Shown here piece after piece: positions 52,424 through 64,000 of a stretch of 64,000 bases of DNA. The stretch's first letter is position 1. Every line of letters starts with the position of its first letter. Below the pieces are notes generated by a model. The model worked only from the letters and a program-made list of their open reading frames with translations, was not told where the DNA came from and did no database searches. The position numbers and the translations under genes were made by a program. Source of the DNA: Octopus bimaculoides (lineage: Eukaryota); assembly GCF_001194135.2 (NCBI RefSeq), contig NC_068983.1, forward strand, positions 138,464,177 to 138,528,176, read 5' to 3'.

Positions 52424-52511
52424 ATGCAGTACGATCGTTTCGTGCAACTCCATGTAATTGAATAATGCAATCATTACATCAATCTAAATGCAGAACAATC
52501 ATCAGCTGCAT
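52424..52511 (-). ncRNA. Type I hammerhead ribozyme candidate with intact core and 57-nt stem II domain
   Basis: Minus strand AUGCAG-CUGAUGA-(57 nt)-GAAA-CG-AU-CG-UA-CUGCAU: 6-bp stem I, palindromic stem III (ACGAUCGU), GUA triplet. Confidence 0.8.
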
Positions 52512-52894
52512 AAAGGCATAGAATTTTATTAAATTAAAACAGATAGACACATTAGTATAATTTTACCCAAAATCTCCGAGAAGGTAAGGAGATAGACAAA
52601 CATGCTGCCTTCTCTTCAGCTTAGAAACTAATAAGGTATCAGGAAGAAAGACTTGTTACAGATTTTGCTTGTCACTGTTTTATGGGGTCAGTTTTAATTT
52701 ATAGACTAGTTTTCTAGTTTTATCAAATATTTGTATTTCTAAGGCCGAGAGAAGAAGGGACTGTGTCTGTTAGGAATAGGGCTGAAGGAGTCAACAGAAA
52801 TCATGGCGGGTACAGTCATAAAAGAAACAATCAGGATTTATTAGAAGCAATATCATAAGATTTGGTAAAAGAAAACTTGAATCAAGATGTAAGG

Positions 52895-52965
52895 GCATAT
52901 GAGCTACTGGTTAGATTGTTGCACTCCCGATCGGAATATCATGGTTTCAGTTTCTAGACTGGGTG
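52895..52965 (+). mobile_element. Diverged tRNA-like SINE head
   Basis: gagctactggttagattgttgcactcccgatcggaatatcatggtttcagtttctagactggg: A-box and B-box-like motifs, no acceptor stem. Confidence 0.4.
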
Positions 52966-53304
52966 ATGCAGGACGTTCGGCAAAAGCTGAACGCTCAGAC
53001 GTCGATTTCGACGGTAGAATATATATATATATATATCAAGAAGAAAACAGAGGTAGTATTCATCATTTCTCAGACATTATATTATTTCTATTTATTTATT
53101 TTAAGCAGTTCAGATAATATATGAAAACATGTGTAATGCTTTACTAATTCCAGAAATTGAGAAAGAAGAGCAATTTGTTACAGTTGTTTCAGCGAAGAGG
53201 TCACAGTACCCCATATATTATTTCCATCTTTTTAGTGTATTGTAAATCTGTAGATAAAATTAGGGTACTTGGGTATGCCTCTAGGCTTCGTCAGATAGTT
53301 TATT

Positions 53305-53349
<45 letters not shown>

Positions 53350-53873
53350 NNNNNNNNNNNNNNNNNNNNNNNNNNNNNNNNNNNNNNNNNNNNNNNNNNN
53401 NNNNNNNNNNNNNNNNNNNNNNNNNNNNNNNNNNNNNNNNNNNNNNNNNNNNNNNNNNNNNNNNNNNNNNNNNNNNNNNNNNNNNNNNNNNNNNNNNNNN
53501 NNNNNNNNNNNNNNNNNNNNNNNNNNNNNNNNNNNNNNNNNNNNNNNNNNNNNNNNNNNNNNNNNNNNNNNNNNNNNNNNNNNNNNNNNNNNNNNNNNNN
53601 NNNNNNNNNNNNNNNNNNNNNNNNNNNNNNNNNNNNNNNNNNNNNNNNNNNNNNNNNNNNNNNNNNNNNNNNNNNNNNNNNNNNNNNNNNNNNNNNNNNN
53701 NNNNNNNNNNNNNNNNNNNNNNNNNNNNNNNNNNNNNNNNNNNNNNNNNNNNNNNNNNNNNNNNNNNNNNNNNNNNNNNNNNNNNNNNNNNNNNNNNNNN
53801 NNNNNNNNNNNNNNNNNNNNNNNNNNNNNNNNNNNNNNNNNNGTTTCAGATAAAGTTCCTCTTCATAGAAACG

Positions 53874-54033
53874 TTGACAGGAATGAAATTAAAGAGAGAG
53901 ACAGCTGAGTTTCATATTCTTTAAGTTGGAAAAACTGTCAGTAATTGATAATTGATATCAATGGCTACCAGTTTTGTTTTCAACTTAGAGAATCCGAAAC
54001 TCTGTTGTCTGTCTTTAATTTCGCTGCTGTCAA
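53874..54033. mobile_element. Fold-back element / MITE, ~65-bp arms
   Basis: ttgacaggaatgaaattaaagagagagacagctgagtttcatattctttaagttggaaaaactg versus reverse complement of 53969-54033 ttgacagcagcgaaattaaagacagacaacagagtttcggattctctaagttgaaaacaaaactg. Confidence 0.75.
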
Positions 54034-54150
54034 CTTTTTTCCTGGAACGTTAGCGTTTCCACACTCCACCGCAAGTCTACTATACAGTTACGTCGATGTA
54101 CTGGATAATACAAATCTCCCCGACGTAGACCAACACCAGTCTCGTAGGAT

Positions 54151-54199
<49 letters not shown>

Positions 54200-54399
54200 G
54201 TATATGTATAGGTTTGGCGATGCAAACAGGAAAAATAGAACGGAAAACATGAAATATATATTTATGTGTGTGTGTGTTTATTAATACTTAAAAGAATCAA
54301 CAGATCGGTTCTCAGCCCTTGAATCACTCTGTTCGTTCTGCTAAATATTAATCGGAGTAAGCCCATTATTTCGCCCCCTTGGGATCATCTGATACATAC

Positions 54400-54510
54400 T
54401 AAAAAGGATAGTCGACCTTGGAGGAATTTGATCTCAGAACGTAAGGATGGCCGCAATTTTGACAAGCATTTTAATCGAAGTGCTAACGATTCTGCCAACT
54501 TACCGCCTTA
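54400..54510 (-). mobile_element. tRNA-derived SINE 5' half
   Basis: gtcgaccttggaggaatttgatctcagaacgta...gtgctaacgattctgccaacttaccgcctt. Confidence 0.8.
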
Positions 54511-56490
54511 GTGTTGCAAATTATATTGACATATATTTATTCGATCGACTCCAAAAGAATAAAAGGTTATATTGTCATTGGCGGATATAAAATCAATCCC
54601 TTGATTCTATTAAAAACATTATATAGCGATGGAAAAATAATGATATGAAAGAAAAACATTTCACTTCTTACATTACACTTCTAAGAATTTTAGGATACAG
54701 TAAATAATTTCTGATTTAGGTGCAAGGACAATTGTTTTAAGAAGTTGACATAATTAACCGATGCCAACGAAATTAGAATTTTTTGACAAGGGAAGGATGA
54801 GATGCAAAATTGGTCTCGGCAGTATTTGAAATTAGAAAATAAAGAGAAATTATATCGAAAGTGTTCACGCCCGACCCTCTAATGATTTTTTCTGCTCCTC
54901 GCTATATTGGCATCGGCTAAATATCATCAGATTAGTCTAAGTTAGTTGTAAATATGTACTTATGCTTAAACACATATCATCACTGTATTCACCGGTGGTA
55001 ACGTACAGAATTGACTGGGTATAAGGATTATTTTGTCAACGTACGAAATGTAATCTATAAGCCTACTACAGTTCGGTAATAATACTTTGTTCATGGATCA
55101 CTCTGACCGGAGGTAGTTGAAAGACAACGTCAAAGCCTATGAGATTTGATGTTAGAACATCGCCGGTACCACCGTTTCTATTTGTTTTCTTAACTGTACC
55201 ATGACTTCTGGAACGATATTTTTTTTTGCTTTAGTATTTTATATTTTTCATTTTGCAGTATACACTTCATTGCTCTTCTTGCTTGTATTTTCATTTAACG
55301 ACAGGTCAGCTAAGTTCTTACATGTCTATGACTCAAGGATCCAAAGCAGTGATCTTCTTGCCTTTCATTAAACGAACAATATATCCAGAATAACGTTATT
55401 CAATATGCCCTTCGATTTCTTTACCAATGTTAGGCTGTGAATTGAAGTTCTGTTTTTTCGCTAACAAAGCGAATGTGTAATTTGAATGCAGTTCATGTGC
55501 ATTTCCCGAGGATCCAGCAATCATATGTACGATGCTTTGTTGTTCCGAAGAAATATTTACTTCAGAAAAGTATGACATCCAGAAACAACAAACATTATGT
55601 TATTGCTCAGGTGTAAGAAAGGAACAGTTCACAAGAGCGAGACACTACAGAGTGACTTGCTATTTTTGAAATCTGATACTAGGTGACTTGATTACAAATA
55701 CCAGCGGGACCCTTGAATATTTCACGGAATTAATGGTAAACCTGTTGGGTTATTTTTGAAAACCTCTTCCAAAGCACCTGAAAGCATATCCTGTGTTGTG
55801 TCAGTATGGAAAGATAGTCGTTCACCAGCTACACTTTTCAGTATCCAATCACCACCACCACAACCACCACCACAACCACCACCACTACCACCACCACCAC
55901 TACCACCACCACCACATGTGTGTGTGTGTGTGTGTGTGTGTCCGTGTCCTGAAAGGGATACCATTAGAAAATAGGGATAATATATCACTGCGCAATATTA
56001 AGTCCTATTAAAAGAACCACCTGTTTTCTTTTATTTTGCAAAACAGAGAAAAGCCAAAGTAAAATACTAGCCAGTGCAACGGGCATTTAACTGTTTATCA
56101 CTACTTTATTTTAACTTCATCCATACAAATAATGGTCATGTCTAGGAGTCATAATTTTCCTTGTAAAGAAGATCACCTGGAATGAAATGGCAACACATAC
56201 GATGCTTTGAAGCAGTGTTATTAAAGAGTTTACTGGAATGACTACAAAAACTTGAAAATTAAGATGAAACAGCTTTAGAATAAATAACATCACAACTGAT
56301 AAAAACTGAATTGACACTCTAATGAAGTAGATTATCACATTAGGGAATGTGATAAGATATAAATTGCCTTTCTACTTTCAGAACATACAACGTTAAATTC
56401 CATAAGCGTTTGAAAATCGAAAATATCGTTCACCACAAGATACAAAATCACATACATACATACATACATACATAAATATATATTTATATA

Positions 56491-56597
56491 TGGCCCAGTG
56501 GTTAGGGGAGTGGACTCGCGGTCGTAGGACCGCGGTTTCGATTCCCAGACCGAGCTTGTGAGTGTTTATTGAGCGAAAACACCTAAAGTTCCACAAG
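56491..56597 (+). mobile_element. tRNA-derived SINE head, third family
   Basis: tggcccagtggttagg (A box)...ggtttcgattccc (B box), then non-tRNA body gagcttgtgagtgtttattgagcgaaaacacc. Confidence 0.7.
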
Positions 56598-56989
56598 TAC
56601 GAAAAAATATGGAAAAGTACAGTTTTTACTTTGCTAAACGATTTTACTACTATTTGAAAATAATATGCCCACAACTTATATATTTTTATTATATTTTAAA
56701 AGAAAGATTATTATGACAGTCTATCGGTTTCACGTTTCGCTTATCACGAATATTGGAGCAAATATTGCAATTTCGTTTCATCTTCAGGAGATTTTAGTCC
56801 ATGCTGCTTGTATGATTGTTTGTAGATAAACTAGCATGTAGAAAACCTAAGGTGGGGGTAACTGGTGATTGTTATTATTTGAGACGGGGAGGCAATTGCA
56901 CTTTTTGCTGGGGTACACTTTCTTATAGGGTACACGTGTAGGATACATTTATAGCATTTATATTACTAAATAATAAACTCGGTGTAGGA

Positions 56990-57190
56990 ATTGAACACCT
57001 GATCAGACAAACTAGCGCTTTGTGCTCTTGAGCTTTTGCTCCATGCCACTCTGCTGTAAATGGATGACATTGCCACGAAGTAGCCTTCCGATCGAGGGGA
57101 TTGTTAGCTTGTTCGCATAGCCAGGAGGATGGCATCATTTCAAAGCTAAAACGATGCAAAGTGCATTCTGTGCAACGATGCATAGCAACA
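56990..57190 (+). mobile_element. Diverged CORE-type SINE body
   Basis: gcgctttgtgctcttgagc..ttgctccatgccactctgctgtaaatgg aligns, with a deletion, to the core of the 59.3-kb copy. Confidence 0.4.
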
Positions 57191-57234
57191 ACCGATAGAC
57201 AGCGTGATAACGTTATATGTATACACACACACAC

Positions 57235-57294
<60 letters not shown>

Positions 57295-58089
57295 ATATGT
57301 AGATGTATGTATGTATGTATATATATATAATAATATTAGGGACAAAATCCAAAATTACAGGTAAAAACTCAATTAAAATCAATTTATAAAAAAATANNNN
57401 NNNNNNNNNNNNNNNNNNNNNNNNNNNNNNNNNNNNNNNNNNNNNNNNNNNNNNNNNNNNNNNNNNNNNNNNNNNNNNNNNNNNNNNNATATATATATAT
57501 ATATATATATATACACGGTGCTGACTAGCGTCCTTTGTCACTTAGGTGACGTATATATTTCTGCTTTTATGAAATCAGCGTATGATTTCAACAGAAACCT
57601 TATAAACTAACAAGGCGAGCTGAGTTTAAACCTAGGCGCGGTGAGAGACACTGATGAGCATTGAGATGCGTAGCATTGAAATACGAAATCACCGATGACC
57701 TGGTCACATCTACTGCTGTAGAGACCTTGCCTCTCTTGTCAATCATTAAGATAGTGCTTTCCGTGCCTATTAAGTTGTTTTGATTCATATTTTAAGGAAT
57801 ACTGATACTGTTTAGTCCCCCTTGTTACTTTATATATGTATACACACACATATTTACTTGCATATATATACATGCATACAAACTTATTTACATCGATTAG
57901 TATATATGTATACATTGTGTAGTCGAGTAGTATATCCTTGCTAAGAAATTTAACTTTTTCTCTCGTATACAATTCCGCTTGGCAATACAGGCAACTTATC
58001 AGTCCTGCTGACTGGAATCACAAAGTCTATTTGCTAATAGAGGTAACAATACAGTCTTGACCAGCTTGAGGGCTAAAAGAAAAAGAAAC

Positions 58090-58850
58090 CAAGGTAAAAT
58101 CCCATTCTGAGAAAGAAAGACTGACCTCCACTAGAACGATTACAGATCTAGTTTACAAACGGCAAAGACCACATTTCCGAAACGCATAACATGTCATAAA
58201 AGCGTCGGCTACCAATTTCACTATTTCAGTTCAGAAGACACCTGGATCGTACGACGTTTTAGGATCGTTGTTCTCTCGGCCAAGCAATGTTGCTCATCTG
58301 ATTCCATTGCGGAATGATCCTGGTGATTACTGCAACTTCCAGTTAATTCTACATGGTATTTCCTTTTCTTTTAACCACCATATATAGCTGGCTATAGTTG
58401 TAAAGTTACGTCTCACTGAAATCCTAAAAGAGGCCCTCTGCGTGCGCGCGCGCATTACTTTGACTGGCCTTAAAATGACCCTCCTTTGCACCAGAATATT
58501 TCTGCGCGAGTAGAGTATGCCGTTTCATTTCTCCTGATCCGACAGCACAATTGATTTCAGATATATTGAGCAAAAGACATGTTGCTCAACCAATAGCTTT
58601 CTGTAATCCCTGAGTGGTTTCCCTATCCCTATTATTGTTGTTAGCCGCAAAAGGCCAACCAACACATTTTATCTTTATGTGCAGCAATATCTTCGGTTAA
58701 GTGTTCTTGTTTTGCTCAGTTACTTTTTTACGCAGCCAAGAGACATATGTTCATTCATTAACTCAACAGGATATCACGCCAGAATCGACGAAACACTGTG
58801 ACATCTGGTACCACAGTCCAAAACACACCAACAGCAGCATGTCTGTGTAG
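58090..58850 (+). mobile_element. Possible ancient Penelope-like remnant
   Basis: LVYKR (cf. VYRKP), SAKQCCS (cf. RA..ICS), LILHG (cf. L..NGY) and ARIDE (cf. RI.EH) in the expected order. Weak. Confidence 0.3.
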
Positions 58851-59290
58851 AACGAAGTGGACTGGCGGGAAGCTCTTGCTAAAGGTGTCCAATATACATA
58901 AATACGCGCATATATGTATAGATGCATACACATTCATATATACATGTGTGTATGATGTATATCTGAATTGTATGATGCATAGTAAGCAGGTAAAATGAAA
59001 CGTATTTACAAGGTTTTCATTAACTTGTACCCATGAGCGAGGATAAAATATCGAAAAAGCCACTAGGTAGTTCGAACCATTAGTCACCTAGAGGAGAAAC
59101 ACGTTTTGAACCATGCAGGCATTTCTCAAATACCAAAGGAATATAACAAAATTCAGTATCAGGAACATATAATTATATTATTTACAGAAGCTTATTTTTT
59201 ACTCTCTATCAGTCTCTCTCTTCTCACTCTGTCCTCTCTTCTCTCTCTCTCTCTCTGCCCTCTCTATCCCTCTTTACTCCTCTTTCTTTC

Positions 59291-59326
<36 letters not shown>

Positions 59327-59327
59327 A

Positions 59328-59637
59328 GCAGTCAGTCGGTTACGACGATGAGGTTCCCAGCTGATACGATCAACGGAAGAGCTTGCTCGTGAAATTAACG
59401 TACAAGAGGCTGAGTACTCCATAAACACGTCTACCCTTAACGTAGTTCTCAGGGAGATTCAGTGTGACAAGGCTGGTCCTTTGAAAAATAGTTCCTACTC
59501 ATTTTTGCCTGCTGAGTGGACCGGAGCAACGTGAAATGAAGTGTCTTGCTCAAGGGCACAACGCGTCATCAGGAATTGAACTCATCACCTTACGATCGTG
59601 AGCCGAATACACTAACCACTATGCCACGCGCCTTCAC
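59328..59637 (-). mobile_element. Full-length tRNA-derived CORE-type SINE
   Basis: Reverse complement gtgaaggcgcgtggcatagtggttagtg (A box)...gagttcaattcc (B box)...gttgtgcccttgagcaagacacttcatttcac (CORE-like ccttgggcaag.cactt)...3' tail. A CORE-SINE (OR2) is known from octopus; the family name is unverified. Confidence 0.88.
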
Positions 59638-60160
59638 ACACATACGCGCGCACGCACATATATGTGCGTACGTATGCATTTTTGTATGCGTGCATATGTA
59701 TGTGCATGTGCGTAAGTGTATTATATATATGTACCCCCATATACATATATATGTATGTAAGTGTATATATATATATATATATATATANNNNNNNNNNNNN
59801 NNNNNNNNNNNNNNNNNNNNNNNNNNNNNNNNNNNNNNNNNNNNNNNNNNNNNNNNNNNNNNNNNNNNNNNNNNNNNNNNNNNNNNNNNNNNNNNNNNNN
59901 NNNNNNNNNNNNNNNNNNNNNNNNNNNNNNNNNNNNNNNNNNNNNNNNNNNNNNNNNNNNNNNNNNNNNNNNNNNNNNNNNNNNNNNNNNNNNNNNNNNN
60001 NNNNNNNNNNNNNNNNNNNNNNNNNNNNNNNNNNNNNNNNNNNNNNNNNNNNNNNNNNNNNNNNNNNNNNNNNNNNNNNNNNNNNNNNNNNNNNNNNNNN
60101 NNNNNNNNNNNNNNNNNNNNNNNNNNNNNNNNNNNNNNNNNNNNNNNNNNNNNNNNNNNN

Positions 60161-60220
<60 letters not shown>

Positions 60221-60785
60221 GTGTATGTGTGGGCAGAAATATGTGGGTTTGTATATACATACACATACATGTGTGTCTGTGCGCGCGTATAAAGTTTTAC
60301 TCATAGAATAATGAAAGCAGCAGTTTCAGAACAACAAAAGAACCGGAAACATAAGAATATATGATTGTTGGAAACTTTATGTTGTGTAGGGTAGGAATTA
60401 TCCATAAAAGATATCACATTTCGTTCTTCACCAATTCATAGAACACATGGTTGGAAGCCTTACCTATCTCTGTGCATTGCTGAAGATGTTCTTATTGACA
60501 TAGCGTAAAACTGATACAAATCTATGTTTTACTCTCTATGTATCTGTAAAGCTTTCTATTATGTGACTGCTACTTTCTGAGTCTGTCTCGAATTGTGTGC
60601 TTGTCAAACTAATTCGGAATGTGTGTATTCTGTGAGTGTGTTTTTTTCGTATATGAGAGAGAGAGGAAAAACATATACATATATTTGTAGTTATCTATAT
60701 CTATGTATTTATGCTACCACTCTATCTATATATGTGTAGGTGTGGACGCGTGGATGTACGTGAATGTTCATGTGTTTGTGCGTGT

Positions 60786-60837
<52 letters not shown>

Positions 60838-61249
60838 TACACACACACATACACACACACCTTATATATGCGTATAACAACTAATATGTATATACTGATA
60901 CAAAAATAAACACTAATATAAATATCTCTTTCCCTCGGTTACCAACTCTTCTTTCTCCGTTTTCGCAGTCTGCTCGAATTCTGTTGTACATCATTTCGTT
61001 TATTTATCAGCGTGTTTATCTGATTCTGTTTATTCCTCCTTTTTGTGTCTTAGTCGCATTTACAAATATGATTCTGTTGTTTCACCCAACTTTATATTTC
61101 ATAGTACCCGCGAGATGCGGTAAACATGAGCATCAGCTTGTCCTGTCAGATGTCTGATCGCTTCTACGTGGTAGATTGTCAATACCACTAGAAACACTTC
61201 ACCAAATTTGTACGTAACTCTAAAACAAATTGATGATCAGTAAAAGCCA

Positions 61250-62100
61250 AGAACAATAATAACAATGTTAATATCACTAGACGTACAATAATAATACTTA
61301 GAGCAGTAAGTTATAACACAGTACTTTACTAAAAAAAATTTACATGATTTCCAGTATCTACTTACATTTTGGACTGAAAAGAAGAGAAGATTAACAGCAT
61401 CGGGCAGAATACCATAAACTGCATTATTTGTTACCCCCACACACTATTGTCTTGGTATTGAATGTTTCTATAAATTCCAAGAATATTACAATAAATAAAA
61501 CAGTTTAACAATACCAACTCTTCGTTCGGCGAAAATATATACCATAAAATGATATCCAAGAATTTATCATATTCAGTGGAGACATTGCTTGATTGGTGCA
61601 CAATGTTCAGGTGAATGTTCATCGTAGAAATAATGGAAGAAGTGGTATTGTAAAAGAACATAATGAAGAGACAAAACGATGCAGACATTTATTTGTCTTC
61701 GTAAATTGTTTGATTGAGGAAGGAAACTCCTACCAACGTTACGTTAGCTATGAAATAACATAGATGATATCAACACCTCATATGATGCTGTCTCGTGACA
61801 TGACTTTTATTCATTGAAACGATTCAATTCTAAATGAAACAAGAAGTTAGAACCGTTACATGACGTAACATCGTCATATATTTGCCTTATATTGTGTATT
61901 GTACTACAGCTTAATACGTGTTCAGTGGATAACTATGCTACCGATATATACTAAAAGTGCTATGGAGTTTGGTATCCTACACCAGGCTAAACAAGAGCAT
62001 AATACTGTACAATAGATAAGAGAATAATACTTTAAAATAAATTACCAAAACTCCACTAATATATTTGAGGTATCACATAGCATTGATTCATTGATCCCTA
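61250..62100 (+). mobile_element. Decayed Penelope-like reverse transcriptase
   Basis: MLISLDVQ (61265, cf. LVSFDV.SLYT), NTNSSFGENIYH (61510, cf. N.F.F....Y.Q), IDDI (61760), IQF.MKQE, TDIY*K (61940, cf. TDIYYKPT), all collinear. Confidence 0.65.
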
Positions 62101-63956
62101 CTCTACGAATATAATTATACAAATTATAACAACATTTACAATCAGATCACCATCAGGAAAAATGAACAACGCAATTCAAAATATCCTTGACCAGCGACTA
62201 CAACTACAACAACAATCACCATAATGTCTAGAATATACTTAAATATTTAATAAACAAAACAGTTCACTATCCATTTCGACGTTTCCTACATTATCAGAAA
62301 TAGTAACACTCATTATATGAAAATGTCTTCTGGAAGCGTGGATCTAACATTTGCAATATTATATCACTTCAGCTTCGTTTTCAATTTATATTTAATTACG
62401 ACTGAAGACAACAGAAAATAATTTACTGCTTGTTGTACCAAAGCCCCCGTAAAATATGAAGTAACATACTTTATATTCTATTAATTGACTATATATTTTA
62501 CTATTAAACCATTGTGTAAAACGAAGAATACATTTGGTTAACATATTGGTTTTAAATTTTTGCACAAGGCTAGCAATTTCATGAGAAGGGATAATCGTCC
62601 CTATCAATATATAAATTTGAATTTTATCTTCTAAAGGAAAATATGTGCGCGCGCGTGCGGTGTTTCTTTGTATCATCATTTGTTAAATCACTTTCAGCTA
62701 TATGCAGTAGTGCCTTCGAGACAGAATATAATGAATATAATCTTATATTTCGTAAGTATTTATTTTCTAATATGCTTATAGATTCCCTCCATAAAAGTTT
62801 GTTCAACATTTAAATGTACTGTAAATTATTTCATTTCATTATTCCATTGTATTTATCAATCTAATTTGGAATTATTGCATTTTAGACATTTTGCAAATTG
62901 GTACATCTGGTAGTGTTTGTTATAGTTTCCCCTTTTTTTCTTCGAATTGACAACGTTTCCCTTCAATAAAACCAGTTTTACATTGGCGTAACTACTAATC
63001 TCGAATGCAGTATTCAACAGGTTGTGTAGTTGAAAGCTATATTCCAAATGCAACATAAGCTTTTCTGCATGTTGTTAGCAATTGTGTTAGCATCTAGGTT
63101 ACTTCGAACGAAAATTTAGAATATAAAAGATTAACATGTGCAATGAGGTAGATGGACTTATATTCCTAGTCTAGTAAGTATTACATGGAAAAGGTTGATT
63201 AATATATACAAAGCCTCACTCCTATGAAAACTATTAGGAATGTGCTCGTTGTATAATTAGAAAAGGAAGAACAACTCTACGTTTACTTATAGTTTATTTA
63301 AAGATATAGGATGAAAATAGCATTGTTTTTTAGCCATTAATATCGATAGAATGAATTTTTCTTTCAACCAATACATACATCAGGTTTTCAGAAAAAAAGT
63401 GGATAATCGAGCAAACTAATTATAGTATATTATGTATTTATATCATCCATTGTTCTCCAAGTGATTCGTGTCACAATGACCCTAGCAATAACATTATAAG
63501 TTATAGTGTCAAAGAATGAACAAAGATCGACATGGCGCTATACTTTTTACAGGTTCGAGTCATTTAGAAGCTAAAGAAAAAAAAATTGTTTGTGTACTAA
63601 ATCAGTTATTGAGAAGATACAGTACACAATTTTGATTTAATGTGATTCACTCTTATCTTAATGTTAATTCCATAAACATTAACATTTACAGTAACAGAAT
63701 TTAATCTTAAGCCGACCTTTTTGATAACAAAAAATATCGACAACGACAATTTCATTTATGTCTTCTATCTTTCATTCACATTCACAAATACACGCATATC
63801 CAAACTCTTACATGTACATGCTGCATACACACATAACCTCATCCATTTAAAATTTGCGTCTATTCAAACATTTACACTAATATATGCACATTTTTCCATA
63901 TACATTTAGACAAGAATATACATTCTTCATATACTCCACACACACACACACACTCG

Positions 63957-64000
<44 letters not shown>

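Noticed and set aside
52570-52622. Minus-strand CTGAAGA with gaagg/ccttc stem, a possible tandem partner of the 52424 hammerhead
   Set aside because: No GAAA after the stem (reads tcggaga) and no stem I or III.
53270-53298. Minus-strand CTGACGA-A-GCC-taga-GGC
   Set aside because: Followed by atacc rather than GAAAC; at best a dead relic.
56491-56560. Possible tRNA gene (also the tRNA-like heads at 22670-22740, 52895 and 59570-59637)
   Set aside because: A and B boxes are present but there is no 7-bp acceptor stem or T-run terminator; where a body follows, it is SINE-like.
62273-62301. Minus-strand CTGATAA-tgtag-GAAAC-GTC
   Set aside because: G8 is changed and stem II is absent, so it cannot fold as a hammerhead.

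Overview
Repeat-saturated, AT-rich eukaryotic DNA from a gapped draft assembly (17 N-runs, most flanked by (TA)n or other microsatellites). The SINE families and the density of microsatellites point to an octopus genome, possibly O. bimaculoides; this is inference from recall, not a database hit. I recognise no host protein-coding exon, rRNA, true tRNA or CRISPR array. Nearly all long ORFs in the supplied track are artefacts of N-runs or dinucleotide repeats. The window is a retroelement graveyard: at least seven Penelope-like element (PLE) fragments, several R4/Dong-type LINE fragments, two Tx1/L1-type LINEs, about 15 tRNA-derived SINE copies, a mariner-derived MITE and other fold-back elements. 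The signal not shown by the ORF track is a set of PLE-associated type I hammerhead ribozyme motifs. One, at 52424-52511 on the minus strand, has an intact catalytic core and an unusually long stem II. Two diverged copies (48.8 kb and 52.2 kb) share a non-canonical CCGA core and show a compensatory change in stem II. Hammerheads in PLEs are already known, so I do not claim a new biological system; these variants and the PLE-microsatellite coupling are the best leads.
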